Counted from the first letter of the stretch, positions 39,920 to 51,826 are shown. The stretch: DNA of 64,000 nt from Marsupella aquatica (GCA_973895155.1 OZ316896.1:14914684-14978683), one strand, 5' to 3'. The notes: generated by a model from the letters alone, not told the origin. Numbers and translations are program-made.

Positions 39920-42053
39920 CTAGAAAGGAGAGTTCCTGCCCCTCCTTGACTTCTTCCCCTTGGCCTTCTCCTTGCCCTTGAGTGCTCTTGGGGGGGGACC
40001 GGGGCCTCCTCCTCTTGGTCTCCCTCCTCATCCTCATCCTCATCCTCATCCCCATCACCACCACCATCCCCATCCCCATCCCCATCACCATCACCATCCC
40101 CATCCCCTACCGCACTACCACTCGCAGCACCAGTGGAGTGTGCTGATGCAAATGACTGCTCCCCAGTGCTAGTTGGCCTGACTCAACTAGCAGGAGCAGT
40201 ACTCCCCTCCCCTGTCCCCTCCTCATCCTCATCGCTACTATCACCCTCGGTATGGGAGTCACCATCATCATCCGGTCTCTGTTACATTAGCAAACCAGCC
40301 ATGCATTAGTCATATAGAACCTTACAATTAAGTGAATGACATAAGAGGGAATTTTTCATAAATGCAATCCACACATTAACCTGAAAATTAACGCTCACCA
40401 ATAATTGATCAACTTGCCGAAAGAGATGCTCCTTCCCATGTTTCTGGCCCACCTCCATCTCAGGCGTTATGATCTTCCTCTTGTACCTCTTGTACTAACC
40501 AAAACAAAAACCGGCACAATTGGTCAAAACCAAGCAATAACGGCAAGCCAAAATGCCTTAAAACAATTAGAGGGGTTAATTAGGTGCTGGTGGGGTTGGG
40601 GCTTAGGTTGGGGGGTGGTTTTACAAGGGTGGCATGGGGGCTTACGACCCTCAAACAACACTTCAACATTTTGAAATTTTCAAAAATTCAAAATTTTGAA
40701 TTTTGCAAAGTCTCCAGCTTCGCAAACGTAAGGGAAAACTAGGTTGCAAAAGTAATTAAGATACGCATGGCTTCGCACGGGCATCGCAAAATTATTTCCA
40801 AAAAATTGAATAACAAGGTGTGCGAAGCAGTTGCAAAGCGACGCGCATCGCAATTGCTTCGCAAACTCTGTTATGACAAAAAGTCAAAAGGGAAGCAAAT
40901 GTACGTGACCTAATCTGACACAACAACTCCAATTGGAAGTACTTGGTGCCACAACAAAAAAGAGTTGGGGCATTGCAAGTGTGTTGGAATAGAAATTGGA
41001 GGAGTAAGAAGTCAAGAGAGGAGAGGGCGGTGCACTCACAAATGCTGCTTTGAGGCCGGGGAGGCCACCTTGACCAAGCCTGTGGGTGATGTTGGGCTTT
41101 TCTCGGACTCTCTCAGCTGCCTTCAAGAACTTGTTGGGCGGATCTCCCACCTCTGCTACAACCTGCTGCAGCTCGGCCACCTTCTGCTCCATCATCTTCA
41201 GGTCACGGTTAGACTTCCCGGCCTCCTTTGCCTTCTGGGCCTTTGTCAACTTCTCTGTAAATTCATTCAGGACCCTGGCTGCTTTCAACTTCACCTCCGT
41301 GGCGTAGAAGGCCTGCCAAATATCTTCTAAGAACTGCAACGGCCTCCCCAAATTCCTGTACTCCTCCAGATCTCTCAGGTGAGCCTTGATCTTCATCCTG
41401 TCATGGTATCGTGCTGGTGACATGGAATTTGAGATTTTATCAGCAAGCCACTGTGAATCCATCTCTCCTCCATTTTGGAATGCATCTTTCACCTGATTGA
41501 TCACTCGCTTCTGCTCTGCCTTGGAGAGAGTGCCCCACTCGACTCCTCTTGCAAAATTTGTGGACACAATGTGTCTGATTGTGCTCTTGGCCCCATTGTA
41601 AGCAAGCTCTGTGGGAATTCCCTCATCCTCTAATGTAATCAGAGGCAACTTCCTCCTTGCCTCCTCCTTCTTTCTCTGCTCCTCCCTCTGTTTCCTCATC
41701 AAGTCTCTCTCATCTTTCCTCCTCTTCTTTTCCAAGGCTTGAGGGGAGAGTACTCCAGCCTGAGCTCTCTCATCCCTCTTTCGCTTCTTCTCAGCGGCCT
41801 TCTGCTTGGCTGTCCTCCTTTCTTCCTCCTCTCTTGCTGCTTCCCCTGCACTGAGACCAGATTGCAAGGCCTGGCACAATAACGCACTCAACGATGCAAG
41901 CCCTGCTGGAGAGGTGAAATCAATCTTACTCAACTGCGCAACCGAGAAATGGTCATCCACGATCTTTTGAAGTCGATCCTCCTCCTCTAAGTGGTTGCCT
42001 CCGTTGCTGCCAGAAGCTCCTCCATCATCTCCAATTCCCCCTCCGCTTGCCAT
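39920..42053 (-). pseudogene. CACTA ORF2 (TnpA/Ptta-like), divergently oriented; exons 42053-41040, ~40494-40399, 40278-39920
   Basis: Exon 1 is an intact ORF with a charged coiled coil and KPNITHRLGQGG (HRLG motif of Ptta/Transposase_24-type proteins), followed by a GTGAGT donor. The acidic, Gly-rich last exon has a premature TGA and a frameshift and ends ..KKSRRGRNSPF*. A homologous gene exists in copy 2. Confidence 0.7.
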
Positions 42054-42369
42054 CACTCCTCCCTCGCCTGCGCTGCTCTCTCCCAAGGCCCGAAAGAAAT
42101 GGATCCGCCTCGTCCGCACTCGGCAAATGATAAGGATAGTAGAGTTAGGGTTTGCGAAGTCATTCGCATCGCAGTTTGCGATGGTTCTACCTTCTCAACC
42201 AGCTTCGCAAACGCTATCTTTGCGAAGAATACAGCTTCGCAAACGTGTTCGCTATTGGGTTTACGAAAACCCCCATCTTGCATGTGTATTTTCTGTGAGC
42301 AGGGATACTAAGAGGGGTCATAAACATTAAATTTGGTACAAGTAATTCATTGCATGTGATCATATAAGG

Positions 42370-42800
42370 GTTGGGGGGTTTAAAAGTGCTGACATTGGAG
42401 GGTAAGAGGAGGGGTCTTATGTTACGGCTTTTGGGTTTGGCCTGGTTGGGGGGGAGTGTTATTTCAGAAGGTTGGGGGTTATATTGGAAGGTAAGAGACG
42501 GGGATTTATATTTTGGCTTTTGGGTTTTGCCTGGTTGGGAGGGTTTTTATTTTATGAAGGTTGGGGTTATGTGTATTGGAGGGTAAATGGAGGGATTTTA
42601 TGTTTGACGTTTGGTTTGGTTGGGGGAGGGTTTATTTTATGAAGGTACGTTGGGCTTAGATTGGAGGGTAATATGAGGTGTTTTATGTTTTGGGTTTGGC
42701 CAGGGGGATTTCATTTTATGAATGTTTGGCTTATGTATTGGAGTAAGAGGAGGTGTTTATGTTTTGGCTTTTGGGGTTTAGGCCAACTTAGGAGGGAAAG
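42370..42800. repeat. G/T-rich ~88-bp degenerate tandem repeat (5 units) between the divergent CACTA genes
   Basis: TTGGAGGGTAA core at ~42396, 42484, 42576, 42661 and 42738, each followed by TTATGTTT..GGCTTTTGGGTTTGG. Confidence 0.75.
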
Positions 42801-44032
42801 ACAGGTTCTATTTTCATGGACACTTGGGTTAATTTTATGGTAACTTATGAGGGCAAGTTCTAAGAGGTTTTTATACTAACAATTGAGGGGAAAACCCATG
42901 TAATCATGATACAGCCCAGGGACATCACTACTTCTTCAACTTTTGTCTAATGCATATGCATTGTGGAGACCCAGGCATCTAAAAGGTATAACATGTATGT
43001 AGTGTTGTTAGTGGAGATTTTTCATAAACCTTGCCATTTTTTGTTTTGCAAGAATACTTATGTGTAACTTATGTTTGGGGTTCCACAACTTGAGAGATGC
43101 TAATGACTATCCAAAACTTACATTTTGTTTCCAGTATTTTCCTCCTACTTCTAGATTTGGCTCATGTTCATTGAGCCACACGACCTATAGGCACTGTTGA
43201 GCCCGGGTCTCATTCAGGTAATTCACTAACCTAATTCAGGGCTTAGACCATTACAATTTTCCCAAGGGTGACAATGTGATATTTTTGTGCATGACACTCT
43301 CCTTTGGGTTTCATGCTAAACAAAAAAGGGTTTTTGTAGTTTAGTTTTAGGATATTTTTTGGCCGAGAGGGATTCTAATCATGCCCTACATGCAATGTAA
43401 TGTGGCAGTGGATATGTCATCCTCCTCTAAACTATCCAGTAGTGAGTACTCCTCCTCCGATGATGTACCCCCTCCTCCTCAACCTGAGGTTACCGGTCCT
43501 CGTGGTCCTCCCCGGAGACTTTGTGAGTGCACCAGATGTGTGGGCCAAGTTTCTCAAAAATCTTATGTGTGTGCTCAACATATTGAGAGATATGGACGTC
43601 ACAGGGGTCTTACTCGGGGGGCTTCTTCATCCCATATGGTACGTGGATTTCAATTGTTTGCCTTTTTTCCCTCATATTTTCATAAGTGAATCAATGTTTA
43701 CACATGGTTTTTTGTGGGTTTTTGCATGGAATAGGGATCAAGTATGCGTAGACCGGTGACACCACCACCCTATGTCCCATCACAAGGAGTTTTAGATGCT
43801 ATAGGCAATGCACTTTCACAAGCCTTGGGTGTAGGGATCAGTACCAATCATGGGACTGAAGAGGAACAGTCTCATGTGCCCACTGAGACACGAAGACCCC
43901 GGTCCAGGCCCCAGTCCAAGAGGAGGCCACGAGCACCCAATGACCCATCAAGAACACTAGTTGAGGGTAGGTGGGGCATTTGTTCATTCACTGGCAAGTG
44001 TGCCTCTATCATCAAAGATTGGGATCCTATGA

Positions 44033-44330
44033 TGTTAGGAATTGACTCCAGTTCCCGACATAGTTAGCTTGGTCTTACTAGGGTTAGTTAACCCTAGATT
44101 ACATTTGGATAAGATCCGTTTAGTTTAGGCCCACTCATCTTGGCCCCCTTGGGGGGTATAGGCTGGAGGGAGAGCACTCTCTCCCTCATTCTTCACATGT
44201 ACTCTCATTTGCTATGTAGCCTTCAGGAGTTTCTCCACTCGGGGTGTCTTGTCGGTGTAGCATGTGATTGAGTGAGTCTCTCTCTCATGTTTCCGCATTG
44301 CTGTCTAGTCCGGAGCTGACGTTTCTTACA
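44033..44330 (+). repeat. Copia 5' LTR
   Basis: TGTTAGGAATTGACTCC...GTTTCTTACA, preceded by TATGA. Confidence 0.97.
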
Positions 44331-44332
44331 AG

Positions 44333-44344
44333 TGGTATCAGAGC
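44333..44344 (+). promoter_or_regulatory. Primer-binding site (initiator tRNA-Met)
   Basis: TGGTATCAGAGC, 2 bp after the 5' LTR. Confidence 0.93.
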
Positions 44345-46037
44345 TTTGTGTTCATGGTTTGGTGGCTTGGGTAGTGATGAGAGCATTCGTTGTGTTGGAT
44401 CGTGGTGGAAGATTGAATCATCGTCGATGATTGTGTGATTGTTTCACTGGTCGTTTCGCGTTGAAGATTTCGTGAATACAGTGACGGTTTCCCGATTGAA
44501 ACTTCAGCCTGGAGTGTCGGATGTGTCTCTGTTCTTTGATGTACTGTCAAGAGGACAGTCTAGCGATCTCTTATGCGCGTCGGTGGGCACTACATTTTGG
44601 TGAAGGTTTCACTGCTTTTCATCATTGGTGTGCCGAGTAATCTTGTAGATGAGGTTGCTGTTTAGAGCTTGATGCTCTAGGTTATGGCTTGTATATGTTT
44701 CGACTTAATCTTGTGTGGGGCCGAAAAAAAAGTTGTTTTCTTTGTAAAAAGGTCGTGCGTTGAGGGACCGGTGTTGCAATTTTTTTGTTTTCGTATACTT
44801 TTGTTTGTGCCGCCTCGCAACAGAATACGGCGGCGCGGATGGGTTTCTTTGCGTATGTGCGGAGAGAGGGCGAAAGGGAGATTTTATTGCCCGGGCACGT
44901 TGCCCTATGCGCGCGAGTGAGCTAGGAGGGCTCGGAATACAAAGGATTGAAGGAGGAGCAGAGGAGAAAGTCGAGCCCCTGGCCCGAGGCCCTATGAGGT
45001 ACTAGAGCACGGCCTTATGTCTGTGCAGGTACAATCGTACCTGTAAGTACAGTTTTAAAGTGAGGGGAGGGGGAGTTCAAAGCTCCCTTCTCTTGGGAGC
45101 TTTAAGGGGGCCATTGCCCTATGGAGAAGCAATAGGAGGGGAAAGGGGAAGCGAGCATACTCCTTTCCTTAGGGAGCACTTATTAACATGGGCACGAGGC
45201 CCTATGCTTGTACTTTAAGTGAGGAGGGGGAGCATACGAGGCTCCTTTCACTTTGGAGCCTTTAATTAAGGCTTGCGTCAGGTGGGTGGCCAAGGACACA
45301 AAAGGTACTACTGTACCTACACAGTACAGATTTGGGAGGGGGTACGAGGGGGTATTATATATCCCTGTACTCTGCCAGGTACAGCATACACAATAGGTGA
45401 ACAAGGAGATGGGCCGGCGTGCGACCCTATGTGCGAGAGGATTTTTTTTGAAAAGTAATTGAAGGCCGGGAGGATGATTGTAGTCTTTTCGATCTTATTT
45501 TTTTTTTGTAAAAGCCAAAGGGTTTTTACTTGTTTTCTTTTCTTTTCCTTCCGTGTTTGGATCTTTTCTTTTCCAATCGGACAGGTGTCGGCTCCACGTT
45601 CTTTCTGCTGTACATTTTTACTGTACTTTGATTCCCTGGAAAAGATACTTTTCTAGAGAGCTGATTTTTGACTGAAATTTTCAATTTCGGCGGTCGTCGA
45701 GGCAGAATTTTTTCGCGACACTTTGCAAGGGGATACTCAAGGGAGTTGAGCACGGGCTAGTGAAATTGATTTGTGCGTTGCTGTTGTGAAATTTTTTCGG
45801 GACCTAAGATACCTGACGGGGGGAAAAAAATAGCCATTTTGACCCCCCTCTGGTCCGGGTTGAATAAGTTTTTGCTGAAGAAGTTTTTCGCCAAATTATT
45901 TTCAGATCTTGGCAGTGTACCTTGCAGGCTACGCGGCGGTGCATTCCATTTCCACTTTCGCCAACTTTCAATTTTTGGTGAATTTTTGGGTGGAGGTATT
46001 TCGGTTGTGTATTTCCTTTGTGTTTGTGGCAGCATCA

Positions 46038-49000
46038 ATGACTTCAAGAAAGCTTGCAGTGCCAAAGTTTGAGGTGGAGAAGTTTGATGGGAAGGTCAGC
46101 TTCAGCCTCTGGACTCGAAAGGTGACCAATGTGTTGATCCAGCAAGGTCTTGAGAAGACCCTCACTGGAGTGAAACCCTCGAATCTAACAGATGAGGAGT
46201 GGGAGGACATGTCGGTGTAGGCATGTAGCACAATTGAGTTGTTCTTGGCAAACAACATTCTCAAGAACGTGTTGGGGATGGATCGGAATGCCAAGAAGAT
46301 CTGGGATATGCTTACTCAGCTATACCAGAGTACTTCGTTGACTACTCGCATTTATCACTTGGAGCGGCTGTTCAGGTTGAAGTTGAAGGATGGTGGCAAC
46401 ATGCGTGATCACCTCAGTCTCTTCGATGAGATTGTGCACGAGGTGACCACGGCAGGAGACAAGTTGACCGATGAGTATCTTGCGATGCATTTGTTGATGT
46501 CGCTTCCTCAGACCTATTCAACATTGGTGACGGTCATCACACATGACAAGTCTACGTTGAAATTGGATGAGGTGAAGGCTACCGTTGCAGAATGGGGCAA
46601 GCGAAAACTTTCTGGCCGTGACAATGAGTCTGCTGCCTTAGTGGTTAGAGGCAGATCGACGGAGCGTACTACGGATCAGTCTAGATCTAAATCACATAGT
46701 AGATCTAAATCTAAGTCCCGTAGTAAGAAAGTTCAGTGTTGGCATTGCCATGAGAAGGGCCACACCAAGTGGAATTGTCCTTCTCTATCGAAGCAAAAGC
46801 GTCCTGCTTCCAATGGTGCATCCTCATCGTCAGCTGGTATTGTGATTGCTGATAATGAGGATGCTGCTGAAGTGCTATGTATTGGTGCTGTGAATTCTGT
46901 GTATGACAATAAATGGATGTTGGATTCGGGTTCCTCTTATCACGTGTGTCCAACGCAATCGTATTTCTCCACTTACCAACCTTGTACCGGTACGGTGGAA
47001 ATCAGAAATGGTGTTCGATGTGCGATTGTTGGCATGGGGACTATCAAATTCCGGATGTTTGATGGTGTTGTGCGAGCATTGACGGGAGTCAGGCACATAC
47101 CAGACATCTCTAAGAACTTGATTTCTCTTGGTGCTTTGGAAGCTGGTGGATCTCATTTCACTGCACGTGATGGTGCGCTCTTTGTCGTCAAAGATAATGT
47201 ATCTTTGATTAAGGCGCTACGGCAGAATAATTTGTACATCTTGGAAGGAGATGTCATTGCTCCTAGAGTGGAGCATGTGGATTCTGTGATGGAACGTTCG
47301 GATGCAGCAGCAACATCTGCTATAGAGTCATTTACGGCTGCTTCAATTGAAGCACCCTCAACATCTGGTCGCACACAAGCCATAGATTTGTGGCATGCAC
47401 GGTTGGGGCACTTAAGCGGTAAAGGATTGGCAGCCTTGGCAAACAGAGATTTGCTGCAAGGCGCTCAATCTGGTAAACTCTCTTTCTGTGAAGATTGCAT
47501 CTTCGGCAAGCAGAGGAGAGTGAGTTTTAGTTCTAGTTCATACCATTCTCATGAAATTCTTGAGTATGTACATTCGGATGTTTGGGGTCCAGCGCCGGAG
47601 CCGTCGTTGGGTGGAGCCAGATATTTTGTGACATTTGTAGATGATTACTCTCGAATGTGTTGGTTGTACTACATGAAGGAGAAGTCTCAAGTCTTTGAGA
47701 TTTTCAAGGAGTGGAAAGCCATGGTAGAGCTCCAAACTGGGAAGGAGTTGAAGTGTGTTCGGTCCGATAACGGTGGCGAGTATAAGTCCAATGAGTTTGA
47801 TCAATTTGGTCGGGACCTTGGCCTCAAGCGTCATTACACTATACCGGAGACCCCGCAGCAGAATGGAGTTGCAGAACGGTTGAATCGGACATTACTGGAG
47901 AAAGCACGCAGCATGCTATGTAAGTCCAAGTTGCCCAACAACTTTTGGGCTGAAGCTATCAACCAAGCTGCATACGTCTACAATCTGTCACCGCATAGTA
48001 GTAAGTTGATGCAGACTCCATTTGAGTTGTGGTATAAGAGACCTGCTGATTACTCTAGACTTCGAGTTTTTGGTTGTGCTGCCTATGTTTACATTGAGCA
48101 GACACACAGGTCTAAGTTGGATCCCAAGTCTAAGAAATGTATTTTTCTAGGCTTTAGTCCTGGGCAGAAGGGCTATAAATTGTGGGATCGTGTCGATTGC
48201 AAGGCAGTTGTGAGCAGAAATGTTGTTTTTGACGAAGAATGGTTGTCAAGACCCCGGGATATTCAGGAGGAACAGGTGGAGGAACCCACTACGGTGGAGC
48301 TTGGTGGTGATGAGGAAGCTGTTGGTCCCTCTGGTAGAGGAGCAATTCATCAACCAAGGCGCTCCACCAGGGCCAATTTTGGCCAACCCCCTGATAGATT
48401 TGGTTTTGCAGATCCTCGTGTTCACGTTGTTGAACATGACGTTGATCCCGGTGTTGTTTTGCTTACTGAACATGGAGACCCCTCTAGCTATGAAGAAGCT
48501 ATGGCCTCTCCAGAGAAGGATAAATGGTTGGAGGCGATGTTGAAGGAGATGAATTCTTTGAAGAAGAATTCAACTTGGCGCTTAACTGACATGCCTCGCG
48601 GGAAAACACTGGTTCCGTGTAGATGGTTGTACAAGAAGAAGCAGGATGGCACTTACAAGGCACGCCTTGTGGCCAAAGGGTACACCCAGAAGGAGGGCTT
48701 GGACTACACGGAGATTTTCTCACCAGTTGTCAAACTCGCTACTATCCGTGTTTTACTTGCGATTGTGGCATTCTATGATCTTGAGTTAGATCAGATGGAT
48801 GTAATTACTGCTTTCCTGCATGGATTGCTTGATGTAGAGATTTATATGACTCAGCCTCCAGGTTTTATTGACGAGAAGACCAGACACTTGGTGTGTAAGC
48901 TCTTGCGCTCGTTATACGGATTGAAGTAGAGTCCCAGACAATGGAATAAGCGTTTTGATTCCTTCATGTTATCTCAGGGGTTCACACGAAGTGAACATGA

Positions 49001-50674
49001 TTGTTGTATTTACATGAAGGAGGTGAAGAATTACTCACGTTTAGGTTACATTGTGCTGGCATTGTACGTGGATGACATGCTTATCCGGACCCAAAAGGAA
49101 CGTCACACTCAGAAGTGACCATAGTTTATTATGCTTTAGGACATCATTTGTAAGGTGTAATGAGATGATATGCAAAATTTGATGTACTATACTTAATAAA
49201 CATCCTGTAGGTTGGTAACATTAATTAAACTATCTAGCATTTGAGACTTTGAAGCTTTCCTTATATGTCCTTCAAAGATCGATAAAAGGACTTGTCACGC
49301 AACGAGTCACATCATTTCAGGACTCGAAAGGACTCTAAAACTTGCATTTTAGACAATGAAATTTTACCAAGGCATGCATACTAATAGAATAATCTTATAT
49401 TTTAAAACTCAAATATTGACACACACTAAACCTTTATGTACAGGACAAAAATAATTAGTAATTTTGGCTTATTTAGGGCCATCAATAATAGGATCCCTTA
49501 AAAAAGTTAAAAACTTGATTTATCTACATGGTGAGGTAGGTTACACCATGTAAAATTATCTTGTGAAAAAATTAGACTTAAATGTCTTGAGATAAAATCA
49601 TGATGAAGCTTTTTCCATGTTACGAAAGTCATTTTTCACTAAAAAAACATGTTTTTGAGTCTTGAAAGTGGTTCCTGTGAGGTACACCCAGTTGTGAATG
49701 AGGCCATCCTGGCTGAGAATAAGTCTGATGTTGCCCATCTGAAAGCAATGCTGAGTAAGGAGTTTTCAATGAAGGACTTGGGTCAGGCCAAGAAGATACT
49801 AGGGATGGAGATTCATCGTGACAGGGAGCAAAGGCAATTATGGTTGTCTCAGAGGCAGTATTTGGAGAAGGTACTTGCCAAGTATGGAATGGAGAATGCA
49901 AAACCAGTTGGTACTCCATTGGCCTCCCACTTTAAACTCTCAAAGGATGATTGCCCTTCTAGTGAGAGTGATAGACTGGCAATGAAACATGTTCCCTATG
50001 ATAGTGTTGTGGGTAGTTTGATGTATGCAATGACATGCACTAGACCTGACATTGTCCACGCTATTAGCATTTTGAGCAGATTTATGGCAAATCCTGGTAA
50101 GCTTCACTGGGAAGCAGTGAAGTGGGTTTTGCGGTATCTGAAAGGTACCTTAGATTGTGGGATCTTATTTGACGGTAAAGCAGACTCTACATTAGAATTG
50201 GAAGGTTTTGTAGATTCAGATTATGCTGATAACTTGGATAACAGGAAGTCTACTACAGGCTATGTGTTTATGCTGGGTTGAGGTTGTATCAGCTGGAAGT
50301 TGGCAACTCAATCTTGTGTTGCGTTGTCTACTACTGAGGCTGAGTACATGGCTGCATGTGAGGCAACCAAGGAGCTGATCTGGCTAAGGAGATTGGTGAG
50401 TGATCTGGGTCTTTCACCTAAAAGACCGGTGTTGCTGTGCGACAGTCAAAGTGCTTTGCATCTGGCTAAGAACCCTGTGTTCCATGCCAGGACAAAGCAC
50501 ATTGATATTCGTTATCACTTCATCCGTGAGACGATTGAGACGAAGCAGATGTTTTTGGAGAAGGTGGCTTCAGAGGAGAATGCGGCAGACATGCTTACCA
50601 AAGTTTTACCTACCAGTAGCTTTAGTCATTGTGTGGATATTATTAATGTTAGGGCCAAACTGGAGACTATGTAA
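46038..50674 (+). pseudogene. Copia gag-pol polyprotein (disrupted)
   Basis: KFEVEKFDG; Zn knuckle CWHCHEKGHTKWNC; protease WMLDSGSSYH; GAG-pre-integrase WHARLGH; integrase VHSDVWGP, RSDNGGEY, QQNGVAER; RT YKARLVAKG, QMDVITAFLHG, LYVDDML; RNase H VDSDYA, STTEAEY, ENAADMLTK. Stops at 46220, 48929 and 50281; insertion at 49087. Confidence 0.95.
49087..49705. mobile_element. 619-bp AT-rich non-autonomous insertion in the Copia RT, with 4-bp TSD
   Basis: Flanked by ATCC (49083-49086, 49706-49709); termini GG...CC. Removal restores YVDDMLILAENKSD. Confidence 0.85.
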
Positions 50675-50741
50675 ATATGTTACTTAGTTGCATATTGTAT
50701 ATCACCTGACTCATTGTGTGAACTTGAGTCAAGGTGGAGAT

Positions 50742-51039
50742 TGTTAGGAATTGACTCCAGTTCCCGACATAGTTAGCTTGGTCTTACTAGGGTTAGTTAA
50801 CCCTAGATTACATTTGGATAAGATCCGCTTAGTTTAGGCCCACTCATCTTGGCCCCCTTGGGGGGTATAGGCTGGAGGGAGAACACTCTCTCCCTCATTC
50901 TTCACATGTACTCTCATTTGCTATGGAGCCTTCAGGAGTTTCTCCACTCAGGGTGTCTTGTCGGTGTAGCGTCTGATTGAGTGAGTCTCTCTCTCATGTT
51001 TCCGCATTGCTGTCTAGTCCGGAGCTGACGTTTCTTACA
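50742..51039 (+). repeat. Copia 3' LTR
   Basis: Copy of 44033-44330, preceded by the PPT and followed by TATGA. Confidence 0.97.
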
Positions 51040-51826
51040 TATGACTCTTGGCTTGCCTTATTTTCCCGGTTATGATGAGGAGATTGTGGTTTGGGGTAGA
51101 CGTTGGATTGTGAAAGCTTCCACACTTGGAGAGAGACACAGATATGGAGTATTTGCTTGTGAGGATATCATCATGGATGATGGGAGTGGGTCAAGTGCTC
51201 ATGGTAGAGAGGGTCCTACTTTATTCCCATACGGTGTACCCATCTACAAGAGAAGACACTGGAACATGATCCTTGCAGAACATCCTGAGTGGAAAACATA
51301 TGCCTTGGAGATGGATACTTTTCATGGTAGCACTAGAAGGTATAGTGAGCAGCGGGTGATAGACGATGATCCCGTACGTAATGGGAATATTGCTGGCTTT
51401 ATAAATAGTACTGTGGGGATTCGACCCAAGCGTAGGGCCAATTGTGAGTGGGTTTTTTATTGATGGCCCAATGCCGGCACCATATGGAACGACATATCAT
51501 AAGGACCATTGCTTAGTTCTTGCCACTAGGACTATTAGAGCTGGAGATGAGTTATTCACACACTATGAGTGGGATTAGGGAGCCATGTCATACATCCTCT
51601 TGTACCTTGTGTGTACTTCACACTTATCATTATATACATGTCCTCTGGCCTCATTTTGGAGTAGTATAATTTTGGTGTGGCCCTTCACTTAAGTTCTTAA
51701 TGTGAATGCATGCAATCAATCCTTAAAACTGATTGTTAATTTGTCTTGAATGAATGGTCTGAAGTCTGTTTTTTTTGTACCTGGTGAAATATACATCAAG
51801 AGGTTTTTTGGTTGTGTCGTGCGTAG

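Larger units (their letters stand above)
44033..51039 (+). mobile_element. Ty1/Copia LTR retrotransposon (Tnt1/Tork-like), nested in CACTA copy 1
   Basis: 298-bp TG...CA LTRs at 44033-44330 and 50742-51039 (6 mismatches by my count); 5-bp TSD TATGA; PBS TGGTATCAGAGC; PPT AAGGTGGAGA; gag-PR-IN-RT-RH order. Confidence 0.97.
43414..51578 (+). pseudogene. CACTA-borne ZnF-SET domain gene, copy 1 (exon 43414-43638; SET exon 43735-51578 split by Copia)
   Basis: Exon A encodes LCECTRC...CAQHIERYG. The SET exon is interrupted at KDWDPM|TLGL by the Copia and continues HRYGVFA, GNIAGFINS and, after a +1 frameshift at ~51455, LVLATRTIRAGDELFTHYEWD*. Confidence 0.88.

Noticed and set aside
39960-40172. 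His/Pro-rich ORF (PHPHPHHHH)
   Set aside because: Antisense shadow of the Asp/Gly/Glu-rich last exon of CACTA ORF2.
46218-46220. TAG within Copia gag as a programmed read-through site
   Set aside because: It lies inside gag rather than at a domain boundary, and other stops (48929, 50281) show ordinary mutational decay.
49649-49705. Apparent N-terminus MFLSLESGSCEVHPVVNEA of ORF 49649-50281
   Set aside because: Chance in-frame sequence from the 619-bp insertion fused to the RT remainder.
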